A stretch of DNA of 30,665 nt from Jiangellaceae bacterium (GCA_030146385.1 JASLBX010000004.1:1-30665); one strand, 5' to 3'. Shown: positions 9,777-21,229, counted from the stretch's first letter. Notes: a model not told the origin generated them from the sequence alone. Numbers and translations: made by a program.

Positions 9777-9854
9777 GATCACGTAGAGAGGGCAATCCGT
9801 AGGTTTACGGGGCGTGCAAACCTCATAAACGTGGGGTTACCCGCTTCACGCGAT
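9777..9854. repeat. Imperfect ~78 bp palindromic element, family 2
   Basis: The left arm ATCACGTAGAGAGGGCAATCCGTAGGTTTAC pairs imperfectly with the right arm ATAAACGTGGGGTTACCCGCTTCACGCGAT; 10 nt beyond the dop stop. Confidence 0.65.
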
Positions 9855-9864
9855 GATTCCGGCG

Positions 9865-11376
9865 CTAGCCGGCGGAGAGCTCGTGTAGCAGTTCGTCGGC
9901 TGTCCGGCAGCGGTCCAGTAGCAGGCCGACGTGGGATTTCGTCCCGCGGAGCGGCTCGAGGGTCGGCACTCGCTGCAGAGCGTCCCGTCCCGGCAAGTCG
10001 AAGATGACCGAGTCCCATGAGGCCGCGGCCACGTGCCGGGCGTACTGGGCCAGGCACCGCCCGCGGAAGTAGGCCCTGGTGTCCTCGGGCGGTTCGTGGA
10101 CGGCGCGCTCGATCTCGGCATTGTCGATCAGTCGTTCGATCCGCCCCATCGACACCAGCCGCTGGTACAGCCCCTTGTTGGGACGCACGTCCGAGTACTG
10201 CAGGTCAACCAGGTGCAGCTTGGGGTGCGACCAGTCGTAGCTGTCCCGCTCGCGGTACGACTCGAGCAGTGCCAGCTTCGCCACCCAGTCCAGCTGATTG
10301 GACAGCTCCATCGGGTCGCGTTCGAGCGCGGCAAGCACGGCCTCCCACCGGTCGAGCACGTCGGCGGTGACCGGGTCGACGTCCTGCCCGTAGCGGTCCT
10401 GAACGAACTTGCGGGCCTGCTCCGCGTACTCCATCTGCAGCTGGACAGCGGTGAGCTTGCGGCCGTCCTTCAGCGTGATGAGGTGCTGGAGGGACGGGTC
10501 GTGCGACACCTCGTGCAGCGAGCTCACCGGCCGCTCCACCGAGAGGTCGACCCGCAGGAACCCCTCTTCGATCATCGACAGGATGAGCGCGGTCGTCCCG
10601 AGCTTGAGGTAGGTCGAGATCTCCGAGAGGTTCGCGTCCCCGATGATCACGTGCAGCCGTCGGTAGCGTTCGGGATCGGCGTGCGGCTCGTCCCGCGTGT
10701 TGATGATCGGACGCTTCAGCGTGGTCTCGAGGCCTACCTCGACCTCGAAGTAATCGGCGCGCTGCGACAGCTGGAACCCGTCCTTGCTGCCGTCCTGGCC
10801 GATCCCGACCCGCCCGGCGCCGCACATGACCTGCCGCGACACGAAGAACGGGATCAAGTGCCGGACGATCTCCGCGAACGGAGTGGACCGGTTCATCAAG
10901 TAGTTCTCGTGGCAGCCGTAAGAAGCGCCCTTATTGTCCACATTGTTCTTGTAGAGCTGGGTGGGCGCTGTGCCGGGAGCCAGACCGGCGAGCCGCGCGG
11001 CCTCGGCCATTACCCGCTCCCCCGCCTTATCCCACACGACGGCGTCGCGCGGGTTGGTCACCTCGGGCGAGGAGTACTCCGGATGCGCGTGGTCGACGTA
11101 CAGACGGGCGCCGTTGGTGAGGATGACATTGGCCAGCCCGATCTCCTCGTCGGTGAGCTGGCTCGGGTCGGCGGCGTCGCGGGACACTTCGAACCCGCGG
11201 GCGTCGCGAAGCGGGCTCTCTTCCTCGAAGTCCCACCGCGCCCGGCGAGCCCGGGACGTCGCCGAGGCGTACGCGTTGACGACCTGCGACGAGGTCAGCA
11301 TCGAGTTGGCGGACGGGTTGCCTGGCACGGCGATGCCGTACTCGGTCTCGATCCCGACGATCCGACGAGCGCTCAT
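9865..11376 (-). CDS. dop: Pup deamidase/depupylase Dop
   Basis: [27 protein letters not shown] (Dop loop), [44 protein letters not shown]. Confidence 0.98.
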   Translation of the reverse strand: MSARRIVGIETEYGIAVPGNPSANSMLTSSQVVNAYASATSRARRARWDFEEESPLRDARGFEVSRDAADPSQLTDEEIGLANVILTNGARLYVDHAHPEYSSPEVTNPRDAVVWDKAGERVMAEAARLAGLAPGTAPTQLYKNNVDNKGASYGCHENYLMNRSTPFAEIVRHLIPFFVSRQVMCGAGRVGIGQDGSKDGFQLSQRADYFEVEVGLETTLKRPIINTRDEPHADPERYRRLHVIIGDANLSEISTYLKLGTTALILSMIEEGFLRVDLSVERPVSSLHEVSHDPSLQHLITLKDGRKLTAVQLQMEYAEQARKFVQDRYGQDVDPVTADVLDRWEAVLAALERDPMELSNQLDWVAKLALLESYRERDSYDWSHPKLHLVDLQYSDVRPNKGLYQRLVSMGRIERLIDNAEIERAVHEPPEDTRAYFRGRCLAQYARHVAAASWDSVIFDLPGRDALQRVPTLEPLRGTKSHVGLLLDRCRTADELLHELSAG

Positions 11377-11465
11377 GTTACGAGACTACGTGGAGTGGCG
11401 CGGCCAACGAGAAGAAGACCCGCTCGAGCAGTCCCGTCGTCGGCAAGACGCGCCGACCCGGACAC

Positions 11466-11540
11466 TCCACCACGCGTGGCGGTGCCGTACCATCCGAGTG
11501 CGGGTGGTACGGCACCAACAGGCTTGCTGAACGTGATCGA
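11466..11540. repeat. Dispersed palindromic repeat, family 1, copy B
   Basis: GGTGCCGTACCA-N12-TGGTACGGCACC hairpin (11481-11516) followed by TGCTGAACGTGATCGA; 6 nt beyond the arc stop. Confidence 0.88.
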
Positions 11541-11546
11541 CAGGCG

Positions 11547-13313
11547 TTACAGGTACTGGCCGGTGTTGGCCACCGTGTCGATCGACCGGCCCGCCTCCGA
11601 GCCCGTCTTGCCGGAGATGAGCGTACGGATGAACACGATCCGCTCGCCCTTCTTGCCGGAGATCCGGGCCCAGTCGTCCGGGTTCGTGGTGTTGGGCAGG
11701 TCCTCGTTCTCCTTGAACTCGTCCAGGCACGCAGTCAGCAGGTGCTGGACCCGCAGGCCCTTCGTGCCGGCCTCGAGGAAGTCCTTGATCGCCATCTTCT
11801 TCGCCCGGTCGACGATGTTCTGGATCATCGCGCCGGAGTTGAAGTCGCGGAAGTACAGGACTTCCTTGTCGCCGTTGGCGTATGTGACCTCGAGGAACCT
11901 GTTCTCTTCCGTCTCGGCGTACATCCGCTCGACGGCCCGCTGGATCATCTCCGCGACGGTGCTGTCGCGGTCGCCGCCGTGCTCGGCCAGGTCCTCCGGG
12001 TGGAGCGGCAGGGCGGATGTGAGGTACTTGGAGAAGATGTCGCGCGCCGACTCGGCGTCCGGCCGCTCGATCTTTATCTTCACATCGAGCCGGCCGGGAC
12101 GCAGGATGGCCGGGTCGATCATGTCCTCTCGGTTGGACGCTCCGATCACGATCACGTTCTCGAGCGACTCGACGCCGTCGATCTCGGACAGCAACTGCGG
12201 GACGATGGTGTTCTCGACGTCGGACGACACGCCCGAGCCGCGGGTGCGGAACAGCGAGTCCATCTCGTCGAAGAACACGATCACCGGCGTGCCCTCGCTG
12301 GCCTTCTCCCGGGCCCTCTGGAACACCAGGCGGATGTGCCGCTCGGTCTCGCCCACGTACTTGTTGAGCAGCTCCGGACCCTTGATGTTGAGGAAGTACG
12401 ATTTGCTCTCCTCGCCGCCGGTCTTGCGCGCGACTTCCTTGGCCAGCGAGTTCGCCACGGCCTTGGCGATGAGGGTCTTACCGCAGCCGGGCGGGCCGTA
12501 CAGCAGAACGCCCTTCGGCGGCCGCAGGTGGTGCTCGCGGAACAGGTCGGCGTGCAGGTAGGGCAGCTCGATCGCGTCGCGAATCTGGTCGATCTGCCGG
12601 GCCAGCCCGCCGATGTCGGTGTAATCGATGTCGGGAACCTCTTCCAGGATCAGTTCCTCGACCTCGATCTTCGGGATGCGCTCGTAGACGATGCCCGAGC
12701 GCGGTTCCAGCAGCAGGGAGTCGCCGGCGCGCATGACCGACCCGCGCAACGGCTCGGCGATGCGCACGACTCGCTCGTCGTCGGTATGCCCGATGACCAG
12801 GGCCCGCTCGTCGTCCATCAGCTCCTTGAGCATGACGACCTCGCCGATCTGCTCGAACTCCATCGCGCGGACGACGTTGAGGGCCTCGTTGAGCATCACT
12901 TCCTGGCCGATCTGGAGGGACTCGGTGTCGACGTCGGGGCTGACGGCAACGCGCAGCTTGCGACCGCCGGTGAACACGTCGACCGTGCCGTCCTCGTAGG
13001 TCGACAAGTACACACCGAACCCGGCCGGCGGCTGGGCCAGGCGGTCGATCTCTTCCTTGAGCGCGACGATCTGGTCGCGGGCCTCACGAAGAGTGGCAGC
13101 TAGCCGGTCGTTCTGAGCGGTGACGGTGGCAAGCTGCGCCTGCGTCTCGGCAAGCCGCTCTTCGAGCACACGGGTGCTGCGCGGGCTGTCGGCCAAGCGG
13201 CGGCGCAGGGCAGCGACCTCCTCCTCGAGGAAGGACACCTGCGCGGACGTGTCAGGGTCTTCGGGCTCCGGCGTGCGCCGGGAACGCTCGTTGCCGCCAT
13301 CGTGAGTCGACAC
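11547..13313 (-). CDS. arc: Proteasome-associated AAA+ ATPase ARC/Mpa
   Basis: N-terminal coiled coil, Walker A GPPGCGKT, Walker [20 protein letters not shown]-terminal GQYL proteasome-docking motif; SD GGGAGGTG. Confidence 0.98.
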   Translation of the reverse strand: MSTHDGGNERSRRTPEPEDPDTSAQVSFLEEEVAALRRRLADSPRSTRVLEERLAETQAQLATVTAQNDRLAATLREARDQIVALKEEIDRLAQPPAGFGVYLSTYEDGTVDVFTGGRKLRVAVSPDVDTESLQIGQEVMLNEALNVVRAMEFEQIGEVVMLKELMDDERALVIGHTDDERVVRIAEPLRGSVMRAGDSLLLEPRSGIVYERIPKIEVEELILEEVPDIDYTDIGGLARQIDQIRDAIELPYLHADLFREHHLRPPKGVLLYGPPGCGKTLIAKAVANSLAKEVARKTGGEESKSYFLNIKGPELLNKYVGETERHIRLVFQRAREKASEGTPVIVFFDEMDSLFRTRGSGVSSDVENTIVPQLLSEIDGVESLENVIVIGASNREDMIDPAILRPGRLDVKIKIERPDAESARDIFSKYLTSALPLHPEDLAEHGGDRDSTVAEMIQRAVERMYAETEENRFLEVTYANGDKEVLYFRDFNSGAMIQNIVDRAKKMAIKDFLEAGTKGLRVQHLLTACLDEFKENEDLPNTTNPDDWARISGKKGERIVFIRTLISGKTGSEAGRSIDTVANTGQYL

Positions 13314-13354
13314 GATCCCTCACCTCCCATAGCTGCCTGGAAAGGCCTCCACGC

Positions 13355-13380
13355 CATGACCCTACCCGCCGAAGGCGACA
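13355..13380 (-). promoter_or_regulatory. Putative arc promoter TGTCGC-N10-TAGGGT
   Basis: Minus strand reads TGTCGC cttcggcggg TAGGGT CATG. Confidence 0.55.
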
Positions 13381-13445
13381 GCGCCACTCCCAAGCCGCAT
13401 CGTCCTCACGTGGCGCATATCACGCCCCATCACGACCCCACTGGT

Positions 13446-13494
13446 GATCATTGTTGTCAAGGGGTTGCGTACCGGCCAGCAACGGACAATGATC
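13446..13494. repeat. GATCATTGT...ACAATGATC inverted repeat
   Basis: Perfect 9-bp terminal arms plus an inner GTTGC/GCAAC pair; 6 nt beyond the trmI stop. Confidence 0.55.
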
Positions 13495-13500
13495 TGCGGG

Positions 13501-15509
<2,009 letters not shown>

Positions 15510-15536
15510 CCGATCAGGCTAGTTCACTCACCGCGA

Positions 15537-15559
15537 TTGTCGGGGGCGTGCCCTAGAGT
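15537..15559 (+). promoter_or_regulatory. PafBC-dependent (RecA-NDp-type) DNA-damage promoter
   Basis: TTGTCGG gggcgtgccc TAGAGT is an exact TGTCGG-N10-TAnnnT match, 7 nt before ATG 15567. Confidence 0.85.
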
Positions 15560-15566
15560 CGCCGAC

Positions 15567-16460
15567 ATGAGGACTGCAGCGGACACCCCAGTCGAAGAGT
15601 CGGCCGTCCGGCTGACTCTCTCGCCGTCGCGCGCGTCGGATTTCATGACCTGTCCTCTGCTGTATCGCTTCCGGACGATCGACCGGTTGCCCGAGCGGCC
15701 GAGCCCGGAGGCCACCCGCGGCACCGTCGTCCACGCCGTGCTCGAGCGCCTGTACGACCTGCCGCCGGCCGACCGGACGCCGAAGCAGGCGGTTTCGCTC
15801 CTGTACCCGCAGTGGGAGGAGTTGCTGTCCGTCGAGCCCGATGTGGCGTCGCTGTTCGAGGACGACTCCGACGGCTCGGCGCTGCGGGGCTGGCTGGCCA
15901 GCGCCGAGATTCTCATCCGACGGTACTTCTCGCTCGAAGACCCGACTTGCCTCGAGCCGGCCGAGCGTGAGCTGTACGTCGAGACGACGCTCGAGTCCGG
16001 GTTGTGCCTGCGCGGGTACGTAGACCGGCTCGACCGCGCGCCGGGCACCGGGGCTCTCCGGGTCGTCGATTACAAGACCGGCAACGCGCCACGCGAGGGC
16101 TTCGAGCAGCGGGCGATGTTCCAGATGCGGTTCTACGCCCTCGTGTTGTGGCGGTTGCACGGCGAGGTGCCCAAGCTGCTGCAGCTGGTCTACCTCGGCA
16201 GCGGCGAGATCTTGAGGTACGAGCCGGACGAAGCCGACCTGCTGGCCACCGAGCGAAAGCTCGCCGCCTTGTGGCGGGCCATCGAGCGGGCCATCGAGTC
16301 CGGCGACTGGCGGCCGAACCCGACGCGGATGTGCGACTGGTGCGACCATAAGGCGCTGTGCCCTGCCTTCGGCGGCACGCCGCCGCCGCTCCCCGAGTAC
16401 ACCGCGGGCAACGACTCCGACGAAGCGCCGTCGCCTCGGATGTCACCAGTCGACGCGTAG
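15567..16460 (+). CDS. RecB family / PD-(D/E)XK exonuclease with Fe-S cysteines (Rv2119-like)
   Basis: LSPSRASDFMTCPLLYRF, RGTVVHAVLE, GYVDRLD...VVDYKTG, QMRFY, CDWC....LCP. Start placed at ATG 15567. Confidence 0.93.
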   Translation: MRTAADTPVEESAVRLTLSPSRASDFMTCPLLYRFRTIDRLPERPSPEATRGTVVHAVLERLYDLPPADRTPKQAVSLLYPQWEELLSVEPDVASLFEDDSDGSALRGWLASAEILIRRYFSLEDPTCLEPAERELYVETTLESGLCLRGYVDRLDRAPGTGALRVVDYKTGNAPREGFEQRAMFQMRFYALVLWRLHGEVPKLLQLVYLGSGEILRYEPDEADLLATERKLAALWRAIERAIESGDWRPNPTRMCDWCDHKALCPAFGGTPPPLPEYTAGNDSDEAPSPRMSPVDA

Positions 16461-16501
16461 GCCACTTAGGCCGGCCGTCGCGACGCGCCTAGCCTTGGGT
16501 C

Positions 16502-17707
16502 GTGCACAACCGGGTGCCTCGCCAACAGGGCCGCCCGTGGGTCTTCGACATCACGCTCACGGCCGTCCTGCTGATCCTGGGCCTCGTCCTGCTGTTCACG
16601 TACCGGCCTGCCGACGGCATCGACTACCGGGAGCCCGACGCGCTTGGCGTACTCCTCGTCGTGGCCTGGACGGCACCGCTGGCGTTCCGCAGGGTCGCGC
16701 CGCTGCCGGTGGCGTTCCTGCTGGCCGTGCTCAACCTGCCGTTCCTCTTCCTCGACTACTCCGTGCCCACCGCGGCCGTGGTCGGGCTCATCGTGATCTA
16801 CAGCCTCGGGGCGTACACGACGTTCGTTCGGGGCCTGGCCGGGCTCGCGGCGATGTACGCCACCACGGTGCTCTACCTGGTGGTGGTGTCCGATCGGTAT
16901 CCCGATGCCGAGAGTGTCGGGGCGGTCGGCGCGGCGTTCGTCACTCTGGGGTACTTCGGCGCGTGGGCGATCGGGCGATCCGTCCGCGCTCCCCGGATCT
17001 ACGCGCGCGAGCAGGAGCAGCGCGCCGACCAGCTTGAGCGCACGCGGGAGGCCGAGGTGCGCGCCGCCCTGGCCGAACAACGCGGACAGATCGCCCGTGA
17101 GCTGCATGACGTTGTGGCGCACCACGTGTCCGTCATGACCGTCCAGGCAGCCGGCGCACGGCGAACGCTGGACCGCGATCCCGAGCGAAGCAAGGAGGCG
17201 CTCGGCTCTATCGAGGACACTGGCCGGTCGGCTCTCGCCGAGATGCGGCGCATCGTGGGCGTCCTGCGAGGGCCGTCGGATGACGGCGCCGACACCCCCA
17301 AGCGTTCGCCCCAGCCCGGGCTCGCCGACCTTCCCGAACTCGTCGAGCAGCTGGACAGCGCCGGGCTCGGGGTAGGTGTCACCGTCTCAGGGCAGGAGCG
17401 CCCGCTGCCCCTGGGCATCGACCTGACGGCGTACCGGATCGTCCAGGAAGCCCTGACCAACACGCTCAAGCATGCCGGCACCGGAGAGGCCAACGTGGCT
17501 GTGAGCTACGCTCCAGCCGAGTTGGAGGTCCGCGTCACTGACAGCGGAGCCGGACGGCAGGCCGCCGGGCCCGCTGAACTACCGGGCCATGGGCTGCTCG
17601 GAATGCGCGAGCGCGTGGCGCTTTACGGCGGCGAACTATCTGCGGGCAACCGGCCGGGCGGCGGCTTCGAGGTACGCGCGCGGATCCCGCTGCGCGACGA
17701 TGCATAG
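16502..17707 (+). CDS. Membrane sensor histidine kinase (HisKA_3 type)
   Basis: N-terminal TM helices, H-box IARELHDVVAHHVS, N-box YRIVQEALTNTLKHA, G-box GHGLLGMRERV. Confidence 0.95.
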   Translation: MHNRVPRQQGRPWVFDITLTAVLLILGLVLLFTYRPADGIDYREPDALGVLLVVAWTAPLAFRRVAPLPVAFLLAVLNLPFLFLDYSVPTAAVVGLIVIYSLGAYTTFVRGLAGLAAMYATTVLYLVVVSDRYPDAESVGAVGAAFVTLGYFGAWAIGRSVRAPRIYAREQEQRADQLERTREAEVRAALAEQRGQIARELHDVVAHHVSVMTVQAAGARRTLDRDPERSKEALGSIEDTGRSALAEMRRIVGVLRGPSDDGADTPKRSPQPGLADLPELVEQLDSAGLGVGVTVSGQERPLPLGIDLTAYRIVQEALTNTLKHAGTGEANVAVSYAPAELEVRVTDSGAGRQAAGPAELPGHGLLGMRERVALYGGELSAGNRPGGGFEVRARIPLRDDA

Positions 17708-17717
17708 GGTGGCTGCG

Positions 17718-18398
17718 ATGGTGAGTCCGATTCGGGTGCTGCTGGTCGACGACCAGCCGCTGCTCCGTACCGGATTCCGGATGATCCTGGACGGCGAGCC
17801 CGACATCGCCGTGGTGGGTGAAAGCAGCGACGGCGAGGCGGCCGTGGCCGACACCCGCACGCTCCAGCCCGACGTCGTCGTGATGGACATCCGGATGCCC
17901 CGTCTCGACGGCGTCCAGGCGACCCGCGCCATCACGGGCTCGGCGCGCGACAGCACGCCACGCGTCCTCGTGCTGACAACCTTCGATCTGAACGAGTACA
18001 TCGTCGAGGCGCTGCGCGCAGGAGCGAGCGGCTTCCTGCTCAAGGACGCCCCCGCGGACGACCTTGTCGCCGCCATCCGGACGGTTGCCAAGGGGGACGC
18101 CGTGGTCGCGCCGAGTGTCACCCGACGGCTGCTGGACATGTTCGCCAAGCACGTCCCGTCCGCCGACGAGGACGAGGACTCCGGCGCGCTCGACCTGCTC
18201 ACCGAGCGTGAGAAGGAGGTCCTGAAGCTGGTGGCCCGTGGCCTCTCGAATGCCGAGATCGCGGCCGAATTGGTGGTGTCAGAGACGACCATCAAGACCC
18301 ACGTCGGCAATGTGCTGACCAAGCTCGGTGTTCGGGACCGGGTGCAAGCCGCCGTGTACGCGTACGAGAGCGGCCTGGTCCAGCCCCGGTCGCGCTGA
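17718..18398 (+). CDS. NarL/LuxR-family response regulator
   Basis: IRVLLVDDQ, DVVVMDIRMP, GASGFLLKD and LTEREKEVL..VARGLSNAEIA..L.VSETTIKTHV; start at ATG 17718. Confidence 0.95.
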   Translation: MVSPIRVLLVDDQPLLRTGFRMILDGEPDIAVVGESSDGEAAVADTRTLQPDVVVMDIRMPRLDGVQATRAITGSARDSTPRVLVLTTFDLNEYIVEALRAGASGFLLKDAPADDLVAAIRTVAKGDAVVAPSVTRRLLDMFAKHVPSADEDEDSGALDLLTEREKEVLKLVARGLSNAEIAAELVVSETTIKTHVGNVLTKLGVRDRVQAAVYAYESGLVQPRSR

Positions 18399-18409
18399 TC
18401 CACCACCGG

Positions 18410-19435
18410 TCAGCCGGCCAACCGGTCGACGATTGCGCCGTACACGCGGGGCAGTCGGCAGGCCAGCGGTACGATCCCGCTCCGGATCCGGGGGCTGCGA
18501 GCCGCGGCGAGCAGGGTGCCAGTCAGCACCCGGTAGTCGCGGGTGATCCGCCGCCAGTCGCTCTCGTATCGGTCCGGATTGCCGGCCACGATCGCGCTGA
18601 CGGCGGCGCGAGCCTGCGCCAGGCCGAGCCGGATGCCCTCGCCGGTGAGCGCGTCGACGTATCCCGCCGCGTCACCCACCAGCAGTGCCCGGCCGGAGAT
18701 CCGCCGCGCCGTCCGCTGCAAGAGCGGTCCGGCGCCGCGGAGCTCTGAGACCGGTGCGGCACTGGCTAGTCGTTTTCCGGCGGCGGTGGTCTGCAGGATG
18801 GTGGAGTAGTCCAGATTCCGCTGTCCCAGGACAGCCACTCCGACCAGGTCAGGGCCCACGGGAGTGACGTAGACCTCCGCTTCGGCCGTCCAGTGCACCT
18901 CGACGAACTCGCTCCACGGCTGCACCCTGAAGTGCCGCCGCACGCCGAAGCGAGGTGCCGTGCTGCCGGCCGGACGGGCCAGCTCGACCTCCTGGCGGAC
19001 CCGGGAGTGGAGACCGTCGCAGGCGAACAGCCACCGCGCCTGGAGGCCAGCGGCTGTGACGGTGGACGCGTCCTGGGCGACCGCTGTGACCCGTGCCGCC
19101 GTAACCTGCACGCCGAGCTCCCGCGCCCGGTCTGCGAGCGCCTGGTGCAGGGTGGTGCGCCGGACGCCCAGACCCGGCCCGAGGCGGAAAGGGTGGTCGG
19201 CGACCGAGCCGTCCGCGACGTATCGGATGCCGACGAAGGGATGCCCGTCCACCTGCGCCCCGAGCCGGCGCAACGCGGCCAGCGCGCCCGGCATCAGGCC
19301 CTCGCCGCACGCCTTGTCGATGGGGCCGGGCCGCGGCTCGCACACGATCACCGACATACCCGCGAGCCGGGCTTCGATGGCAGCGGCAAGCCCCACCGGC
19401 CCGCCACCGGCCACGATCACGTCCGCGTCGGCCAT
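18410..19435 (-). CDS. FAD-dependent oxidoreductase/monooxygenase (SrsC-like)
   Basis: GGGPVG Rossmann motif, DKACGEGLMP, ACDGLHS, LVGDAAGYVDALTGEG. Start is 19435 or 19444. Confidence 0.88.
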   Translation of the reverse strand: MADADVIVAGGGPVGLAAAIEARLAGMSVIVCEPRPGPIDKACGEGLMPGALAALRRLGAQVDGHPFVGIRYVADGSVADHPFRLGPGLGVRRTTLHQALADRARELGVQVTAARVTAVAQDASTVTAAGLQARWLFACDGLHSRVRQEVELARPAGSTAPRFGVRRHFRVQPWSEFVEVHWTAEAEVYVTPVGPDLVGVAVLGQRNLDYSTILQTTAAGKRLASAAPVSELRGAGPLLQRTARRISGRALLVGDAAGYVDALTGEGIRLGLAQARAAVSAIVAGNPDRYESDWRRITRDYRVLTGTLLAAARSPRIRSGIVPLACRLPRVYGAIVDRLAG

Positions 19436-19514
19436 TGCGGCCATCGTAGGCTCGCGTGCCCCCTGGCGATCAGATGACGTACTCCGGACGTCGGCGCAGG
19501 CCACGAGCCCGCCA

Positions 19515-19657
19515 GGTCACCTGATCGTCGGCACCACTGCCCCGGCCAACACGATCAGGTGACCCGCGCGACATATCTGTGCAGGTCACGCGCGCGTACT
19601 GCTCATCTGATCGTCTGCCCGCTGACGATCAGGTGACATATCGACGATCAGGTGACC
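19515..19657. repeat. Cluster of (G)ACGATCAGGTGAC direct and inverted units, family 3
   Basis: GGTCACCTGATCGT 19515-19528 inverted to ACGATCAGGTGACC 19551-19564; TCATCTGATCGTC 19603-19615; GACGATCAGGTGAC at 19624-19637 and 19643-19656. Confidence 0.85.
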
Positions 19658-20165
19658 CAACGGTGGCGAGAGCGCGCTCCTCGATGGGGATCCGGAAACC
19701 GAGCAGAAGGAGGGCGTTCGCGACGCTGAACGCCACCGCCGTCACCCAGGCCGTGTGCACCAGCGGCAGGGCCGCCACCTCGACGGCGACAGCCAGGTAG
19801 TTCGGGTGCCGCAGCCACCGGTACGGGCCGCTGGTCACCAGCGGCATGCCCGGAACCACGATCACCCGCGTGTTCCACTGCTTGCCGAGGGCCGACACGC
19901 ACCGCCACCGCAGCACCTCAGTGGCCACCACCAGCGCGAGCATCGGCCAGCCGAGCCACGGCAGGAAGGGCCGGCCGGCCACCACCACCTCGACGACGCA
20001 AGACACGAGCAGCGCCCCGTGCATGATCGCCATCACCGGATAGTGCGAGCGGCCGTACTCCACGCCGCCGCGGGCGAACGCCCACTCGGCGTGCCGCTTC
20101 GACACCACCAACTCGGCGATCCGCTCCCCCGCTACCGCCGCCACCAGCACGATGTACGCGATCAC
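19629..20165 (-). CDS. Isoprenylcysteine carboxyl methyltransferase family protein (SrsB-like O-methyltransferase)
   Basis: GGVEYGRSHYP, LGKQWNTRVIVVPG, GPYRWLRHPNY motifs; GTG start overlaps the PKS TGA. Confidence 0.92.
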   Translation of the reverse strand: MIAYIVLVAAVAGERIAELVVSKRHAEWAFARGGVEYGRSHYPVMAIMHGALLVSCVVEVVVAGRPFLPWLGWPMLALVVATEVLRWRCVSALGKQWNTRVIVVPGMPLVTSGPYRWLRHPNYLAVAVEVAALPLVHTAWVTAVAFSVANALLLLGFRIPIEERALATVGSPDRRYVT

Positions 20166-21229
20166 TCAGGCCACCTCAACAGCACGAGTTCGGAGCAGAA
20201 GCCCGGGCCCATCGCCAGCATCAGGCCCGGTGAGCCGGGCGGCGGCGGGTGGGCCAGCGTCCAGCCCAGCACGTGGAGGACCGACGCCGACGACAGGTTG
20301 CCCACCGTGGCCAGCGACCGCCGCGCGGCGGTCAGCTCCCCGTCGGCGAGCCCCAGCGTCCGCGCCATCGCGTCCATGACCTTCGGCCCGCCGGGATGCG
20401 CCACCCACGACTCGACGTCCGCGACCCGCAGTCCGTAGTCCCGGAGGAACCCGGTGACGTCCTCACCAAGATGCGACTCAACGACGTCGGCCACGCTCGC
20501 CGCCAGCACGATGCGGAAGCCCCTGCCTCCGACGTCCCATCCCATGACCCGCTCGGTATCCGGATACATCCGGCTGCGAGTCGCCACCACCCGCGGCCCG
20601 CCCACGCCTAGCTGTCGCGCGCGGGCATCACCAGCAAGGACCACGGCGCCGACGCCGTCGCCGAATAGCGCGCTCGCCACCAGGTTGGCCGCAGAGTCGT
20701 CGTCGCGCTGGACGGTCAGCGAACATGCCTCCGCGGCAAGCAGCACGGCGACCCCGTCCGCGTTCCCGGCCAGCATGTCGTGCAGCCGAGCCAGTCCGGC
20801 CGCGCCGGCGACGCAACCCAGCCCGAACACCGGCACCCGCCTGACGTCCGGCCGCAGCCCCAACGCGGCCACGAGTCGAGCGTCGACCGAGGGTGCCCCT
20901 ATGCCGGTGACCGATACCGTCATCAGCACGTCGACGTCCGCCGGCGAGAGCCCGACCGCGTCCAGCGCCTCCCGCGTCGCGTCTGCCCCGAGTTCGACGG
21001 CGAACCGCAGGTAGGCATCGTTTGCGGCGCCGAATCCGTCGAGCTTGCCGTACTCATCCAGCGGCAGCACAAAGTGCCGGGTCTCGACTCCGCTGGCAGC
21101 GTGAAGGCGGTCGAGCAGATGGCGGCGTTCGCCATGGACGTCCAGCATCTCGGCGACCGCTCGCGTGATCTCCGCCTGCTCGTACCGGTGAGGCGGTAAC
21201 GCTGTGGCCGCGGAGATGACCTGGGTCAC
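20162..21229 (-). CDS. Type III polyketide synthase (chalcone synthase-like, SrsA-like)
   Basis: Catalytic Cys (FGLGCVAGA), His (AHPGGPK) and Asn (GNLSSASV); ALFGDG; AMGPGF. Confidence 0.95.
   Translation of the reverse strand: MTQVISAATALPPHRYEQAEITRAVAEMLDVHGERRHLLDRLHAASGVETRHFVLPLDEYGKLDGFGAANDAYLRFAVELGADATREALDAVGLSPADVDVLMTVSVTGIGAPSVDARLVAALGLRPDVRRVPVFGLGCVAGAAGLARLHDMLAGNADGVAVLLAAEACSLTVQRDDDSAANLVASALFGDGVGAVVLAGDARARQLGVGGPRVVATRSRMYPDTERVMGWDVGGRGFRIVLAASVADVVESHLGEDVTGFLRDYGLRVADVESWVAHPGGPKVMDAMARTLGLADGELTAARRSLATVGNLSSASVLHVLGWTLAHPPPPGSPGLMLAMGPGFCSELVLLRWPE

Noticed and set aside
10033..12561. 842-aa + strand ORF
   Set aside because: Antisense shadow of dop and arc, typical of high-GC codon bias; no recognisable motifs.
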